The notes below the pieces were generated by a model, which was not told the DNA's origin, made no database searches, and saw only the letters and a program-made list of their open reading frames with translations. 59,735 bases of DNA from a virus (lineage: Duplodnaviria > Caudoviricetes). The DNA lies in IMG/VR virus record IMGVR_UViG_3300024999_000115, positions 1-59,735 of that record; one strand, 5' to 3'. How positions within the stretch are numbered: position 1 is the first letter of the stretch; each line of letters begins with the position of its first letter. Positions 55,030 to 59,735 of this stretch are shown here, piece by piece. A program made the translations under genes and the position numbers.

Positions 55030-55704
55030 TCAAAGACTTATCGTATCCCCCTCAAACACCGGCAACTCCACAACCCCGCCAATCGGCACTGTATCGGTTG
55101 CAATTTGCAGGTAGTAGTATTTTCCCTGTTCCGCCTCGATGGGTGCAAAATTACCGTTGTAACTCGCTGTGTAATCCCACGGAGCAGTCACATAAACAAA
55201 GTCATTCGCGCCCCTGCCCGTCCACAAAATAGCATCAAGCCCCGCTGCTGTGATGTCAATCGGTACTTCAGCATCCTTTACGATTAATGCCGGGGTATTT
55301 TCCAACTCAAACCTGATAACATCAGTTTGTTCTGTTACCTGAATTACCGTGTCTTTTATGCTCCAAACGAAATACGAAAAAGCATTACCGCCCTGTTTCC
55401 ATCCTCCACCGGTAACAGTGCACGTATATTCGCCAAAAGGTAAGTGCATTGGCTCAGTGCCGTGTTTGAAAAACTGAAACGAATTTGAAGCAAAAGTGGT
55501 GTATGTAACCCCCGTTTGCCCCGTTAATTCTACTGTAACCTCGTAAGGCCAGTAGTAATGCCGCCAGTCGTTTATGTCGAAACTCTTTAAGTTGCCCGAA
55601 TTAACGGTGAGGTAATTTGTACTGAACACAACCTGTTTTTCTGTTGGTTCCTGAGTGCATCCAAAAAGGATGGCTGCGATTGCGATGATGATTAATTTTT
55701 TCAT
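55030..55704 (-). CDS. Lipoprotein between the tail and lysis genes
   Basis: MKKLIIIAIAAILFGC lipobox. Confidence 0.7.
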   Translation of the reverse strand: MKKLIIIAIAAILFGCTQEPTEKQVVFSTNYLTVNSGNLKSFDINDWRHYYWPYEVTVELTGQTGVTYTTFASNSFQFFKHGTEPMHLPFGEYTCTVTGGGWKQGGNAFSYFVWSIKDTVIQVTEQTDVIRFELENTPALIVKDAEVPIDITAAGLDAILWTGRGANDFVYVTAPWDYTASYNGNFAPIEAEQGKYYYLQIATDTVPIGGVVELPVFEGDTISL

Positions 55705-55725
55705 GTTCCTTGTTTTTATTGTTCA

Positions 55726-56448
55726 TTAAGTTGGAAAACTAAATCCGGGACCTACATTCGAAAGCGTATTGTTGTAAGCGCAACAGCCTGCCGTGGTAAG
55801 TGCTGCCCATTCTGCGTTTGTAAAATAATTGGCAGGGTCGGCTCCGTACCACGGAATGATTGAGCCATCTCGGAAGCGGGTTTCACAAAGGTTATCGGCA
55901 AGCCATTCTTGTGTGCCAATGCAAATAGTACGGTAAACCTTTCCGTCATTTCCGGTATAAGTTCCTGATTGTCCGTTAGAAAGAGGAGTAGAATCTTTTA
56001 ATAAGCGAATCGGATGACCTTCTTTTTCATAAGAATGGCTATTAACATTAAAGTCATTATTAGCAGAAGTTAATCTTCCAGAATAGTAAGCAATCGAAGC
56101 GGCATCTGTTTGAGTGGCCAAATAACTATCAGTATTTATACTTGAAAAATTATAAACACTATAAGCTCTTTTACCAGAACCTCTTACATTTAATTTAGCT
56201 GAATTAGTAGAGCCTGGGTCAGCATCCCAATATGTAGTTCCAATTTCTTTAACTTTAGCACCTGAACCAGTTACACCACCCAAATAAGTAACCAGTGTAT
56301 TCATCTCCGTTAGTGTTGGGACATGCCAGCCGCTATTGGAAATTTCTCTTACATCTTTAATTGCATACCAATTGTACAGCAACCCATACTCAGGGTAATA
56401 AATTGCGGGTGGTGCTGATGCTGCCGCTATGTAAATATGATTTCCCAT
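55726..56448 (-). CDS. FISUMP-domain protein with circularly permuted domain order
   Basis: YGLLYNWYAI..GWHVPT..GHPIRLLKD precedes DGKVYRTICIGTQEWLADNL. Confidence 0.8.
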   Translation of the reverse strand: MGNHIYIAAASAPPAIYYPEYGLLYNWYAIKDVREISNSGWHVPTLTEMNTLVTYLGGVTGSGAKVKEIGTTYWDADPGSTNSAKLNVRGSGKRAYSVYNFSSINTDSYLATQTDAASIAYYSGRLTSANNDFNVNSHSYEKEGHPIRLLKDSTPLSNGQSGTYTGNDGKVYRTICIGTQEWLADNLCETRFRDGSIIPWYGADPANYFTNAEWAALTTAGCCAYNNTLSNVGPGFSFPT

Positions 56449-58661
56449 TACGTTTTGTGATAATTTAGTTGAATCTCAATCATCGTAGGAGTTCCGGTGT
56501 ATCCGGTACTGGTAACAAAGGTTACTCTATCGCCAGCGGCAGTCGTATTTGCCCCTGTGGCATTGGTTTCGGCCTGCGTTGTGCCAACTGACAAACTGCT
56601 CAATCCGGTTACAGCTGTACTGCCTATTTTTACAGCGCACCCTGTTAATGTACCGTTGTCGGTTTTATACACAAGCGAATCAATGGTCAACCCTTCGCGG
56701 CATTTTGGTATCAGCGGATATTCCTGAGCGGTTCCGGGTGTGATGTCTTTTGCCGTGAGGCTCTGGAATGGAAGGTCGGCTGTTGCAGGTATTGTCGGCT
56801 TATCCGTTAAGCTGTTGTAGCTGCCACTATAAGCCACTGCTGCCAATCCCGTAACGGCAATTTTTAATTTATTTTCATCAGCACCGGTTCCTTCCGATAT
56901 TGCAATATTAGCCCCGGGCACCACCTTTGCGCTCAAATAACCGGCAGTCGGGTCAGCAGCATCAAACTTTACCTTTTCGTCGGTCACTGCCGGATTAACC
57001 ACCAGATGAATCTCTTTCTTTGTACTATCCAACGGATCAACACTTGTTTCAACATCAATTCCTTCCCCGGTAATTTCTACTGTATCGCCGTTGTCAATGG
57101 TAAATGCCGTTTGCAAAATCGCAGCGGTGTTTTCTGTTGGTGGCGCACCTGCTGTCATTACTCCGGGAACCAGTTCGAGGTAATCAATATTATCGGTTGC
57201 GGTGTCAATATAATACCAGACAGACGAAATATTTTTATAAATACGATAACCTGTTGCGTTGGCATCTTCTATCCATGTAATAAGTGCATCGGTGGTATCA
57301 GTTAAAATATCGAAAGCCGAATTGTAAGCTGGCGTTGTTTCTCCTTGTGCATTTAACGCGGTTACAGCCAAAGTATCAATAGGCACAGTGTAATCAACCG
57401 ACCCACTGCCGTTAACTGCAATATTCAACCCAACCGGCGTTCCAACGTAGCCCATAATCTGTTCAGGACTGTGTAAATTCCAGTTGTAGCCAATTGGTAT
57501 ATTCGCGCTCATCGCTGGTAACCCGTTATTTCTCTCAATGGTTAAAATACGGGTTACAGTATCGAATGAAACACCGGTTGAATAGCTATCTTCAGACACT
57601 GGTAAATCAATCCCTTTCTGCAGGCGCACATTGTCTATTTTTATGCTGGGATAAGTCGCCCCGCTCATGTTATTCCAACGCAACACAAAGCCATTAAAAA
57701 GAGCGTTTCGTACTGCAAAATCAGATATAACAAAAACAACCGTTTGCCAGTTGGTATTAAACCGGTTGTAGGTAGCATACACCAAACTACTGCGGGGCTT
57801 TCCGTCTTTTTCAAAATATGCCTCAATAAAGTTTCCGAATGAGTTGCTATTTGGCAATTGTATGTCCATTATAAGCGTTGACCAATCGGTATCAGTATAA
57901 TCTACATCGTCGGTAAAAACAATTCTATCTCCATTTGAAAGTTCGCCAATAGCCGCACAAATACTTCCCGTACTTGGCGCAACTGTACTGTCAAAATCGG
58001 CTGTGGTTCCTTCAATAGATGGTGTCCATTCTGCCCCTGTGTGTTCGTTATAAATTACAACCTCGTTTACGTTAGGAATAGTTGTTGCTGCTGCCGGAAT
58101 AGTTACAGAAGTTAATTCTACTTGTGTAAGCGGGTCAATTGATGGCTTTAGTAGTACGCCGGGCGTACTTTCCAATACACCATATGAGCCGGTGTTATCC
58201 ATGTAAAACACAACCACTTTATCTAACGTGGCGTGTGCTGTAAGAGTGATACTGTCGGCTTCAGCTTCGTAAAATTTACCATTGATTACCCGGCCCCCTT
58301 TGCTAATATCAAAAATTAGCCCGGTTCGTAGAGTTACAATTCCGCCGTAAGGCGTTAATATCTTCGGGGTTATAATGGTGCGACCGGTCACTAAATCGGT
58401 TTCAGCTTCAAAATAATCGGTACTAAGGTATCCCGGCGTGTTTGCGATTTCAAATTCAGGAGTAACAAAACCAACTTTTTCGTCGCTCAAGTCTGGTTTG
58501 CCGATTATATATGTCGGAGAGTTAATATTTGTTTCATTCCAGTCGCTTTGACTTCTCCCCGGCCAAAGTGTTTCCACAAGATCAATAATCGCAATAGGAG
58601 ATATTCCCTTAAAATACTTTAGAAGAATCTTGATTAAATGGTCTTGTCTTTCGTATTTCAT
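56448..58661 (-). CDS. Tail fibre-like protein
   Basis: 737 aa, T-rich; QSDWNE..YIIGKP and VAYSGSYNSLTDKP fibre motifs; carbohydrate-binding-like central domain. Confidence 0.7.
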   Translation of the reverse strand: MKYERQDHLIKILLKYFKGISPIAIIDLVETLWPGRSQSDWNETNINSPTYIIGKPDLSDEKVGFVTPEFEIANTPGYLSTDYFEAETDLVTGRTIITPKILTPYGGIVTLRTGLIFDISKGGRVINGKFYEAEADSITLTAHATLDKVVVFYMDNTGSYGVLESTPGVLLKPSIDPLTQVELTSVTIPAAATTIPNVNEVVIYNEHTGAEWTPSIEGTTADFDSTVAPSTGSICAAIGELSNGDRIVFTDDVDYTDTDWSTLIMDIQLPNSNSFGNFIEAYFEKDGKPRSSLVYATYNRFNTNWQTVVFVISDFAVRNALFNGFVLRWNNMSGATYPSIKIDNVRLQKGIDLPVSEDSYSTGVSFDTVTRILTIERNNGLPAMSANIPIGYNWNLHSPEQIMGYVGTPVGLNIAVNGSGSVDYTVPIDTLAVTALNAQGETTPAYNSAFDILTDTTDALITWIEDANATGYRIYKNISSVWYYIDTATDNIDYLELVPGVMTAGAPPTENTAAILQTAFTIDNGDTVEITGEGIDVETSVDPLDSTKKEIHLVVNPAVTDEKVKFDAADPTAGYLSAKVVPGANIAISEGTGADENKLKIAVTGLAAVAYSGSYNSLTDKPTIPATADLPFQSLTAKDITPGTAQEYPLIPKCREGLTIDSLVYKTDNGTLTGCAVKIGSTAVTGLSSLSVGTTQAETNATGANTTAAGDRVTFVTSTGYTGTPTMIEIQLNYHKT

Positions 58662-59735
58662 CGCAGTTGTTTTTTATCGACCAAATACGCTTCAATATCA
58701 AATCGGCTGATATTGCTGTTAGGCAATGCCAGTCCTCCCTGTAAAATGGTTACAAACTTGTATTTCCCTTTTTGGCTTCCTATTGGAATATCCTGCCGCA
58801 CGTTATCAGGAAAATTTGCATCGCTAATGTCAGAAATTGCCATAAGAGGAATGTTCACCTTGTTTTTGTTGGCATCCTGTTTCCCCCAAAGGCCAAAGGT
58901 GAAATACCCGGTTTTCGTTGTTGTATTGTTTCTAAAATACTCGCACCTCGATATAATCTTTCCGATTTTCTTATAGCTATCGGGGTTTTGCATTTTTAAC
59001 GGTCTTGTCAGGATATGGAAGAATACTTCCGTCGTTAAATCCTCAGAACTAAGTACAGCAAGGTAGCCAACGCCCGGTTTTTGAACCAAATACCGACTGT
59101 AAACACTGTTCCCAGATAAGGTAATTGAACTAAACAACTCAATTCTTTCCGAAAATACGAAAGTACTCATCCCCCAAAGCCTTGTTTTAAGGCCGTATAT
59201 CAGCGAATAGGTTTTATTCGGGTTACTGCACCAAATTGTTTCCCTTCGTGAATCGTAAGCCAATAAAGCACCCTTCAGGTAATCTACAATATCATCCAGA
59301 CTATAAGGGTTTCCTGTTCCTCCGAAATACCTTGTTGTAATTGTGTTGTAATTAGGTAAAATCGTATCGTTTGCAGGGAAACTTCCGTTTCCATTATCGG
59401 GGAAATATGGGTCAGTCAACGATACCGGTTCTCCGCCATTAAAAGCCATTAATCCCTTGTCACTGATAAATAACAACTGGTCGTCAATCTGCAAAGTTTC
59501 CTTTGAGATATATGGAATACTCGCTACTTTAGTAATCGAAGCAACAAGGTTGTTTCCCGATGGGTCGAGGTTTATCGTGTAAATTCCGTCAGAAGTTCCG
59601 ACAACAAGCGGGGCCACGGTTAAAGTATCTGCCGGGTTTACGCTGTTTGAACCTACTGCCATTATTTTACCCTCGCCAATACGATATGAGTTTATCGCAG
59701 GGAAAACAGAAAACTCCCCGGACTGCGAAACTGAA
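58658..59735 (-). CDS. C-terminal part of the tail protein that begins at 1687
   Basis: Same frame as 1..1687 across the terminal overlap. Confidence 0.75.
   Translation of the reverse strand, partial: SVSQSGEFSVFPAINSYRIGEGKIMAVGSNSVNPADTLTVAPLVVGTSDGIYTINLDPSGNNLVASITKVASIPYISKETLQIDDQLLFISDKGLMAFNGGEPVSLTDPYFPDNGNGSFPANDTILPNYNTITTRYFGGTGNPYSLDDIVDYLKGALLAYDSRRETIWCSNPNKTYSLIYGLKTRLWGMSTFVFSERIELFSSITLSGNSVYSRYLVQKPGVGYLAVLSSEDLTTEVFFHILTRPLKMQNPDSYKKIGKIISRCEYFRNNTTTKTGYFTFGLWGKQDANKNKVNIPLMAISDISDANFPDNVRQDIPIGSQKGKYKFVTILQGGLALPNSNISRFDIEAYLVDKKQLR
59605..59735. repeat. Terminal direct repeat, right copy
   Basis: Matches 1..132 with a single 1-nt indel. Confidence 0.97.

Noticed and set aside
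59605-59735. Biological terminal repeat with a frameshift
   Set aside because: It falls mid-gene with a 1-nt difference at the extreme contig end; more simply an assembly overlap and end error

Overview
This window looks like a complete, circularly closed genome (about 59.6 kb) of a temperate Bacteroidota phage with a podovirus-like gene set. The first 132 bp repeat at the end and one tail gene runs across the join. It encodes a portal, major capsid, scaffold, ring/adaptor paralogues, tail fibre/FISUMP proteins, three ejection-type proteins (one of 3974 aa), TerL/TerS, a lysis module, replication and recombination genes, two tandem CI/Cro-like switches, and a tyrosine integrase next to an attP-like site. 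Two unusual systems stand out. (1) An integron-like gene-cassette array at about 34.5-38.3 kb has seven attC-like hairpin sites and two half sites. Each cassette is bracketed by its own matching GTT.../...AAC ends, every gene is inverted relative to the sites, and no IntI is present. One site is expanded to about 950 bp by an operon with its own promoter, three small genes and an HTH gene. (2) A non-coding RNA cluster at about 48.2-49.0 kb contains a circularly permuted, two-piece tmRNA (G3-U70 acceptor stem, tag GKSISMFTPQVRLAA) with a structured 308-nt intervening segment, flanked by two tRNA-like elements. All calls come from reading motifs by eye; no database searches or folding programs were run.
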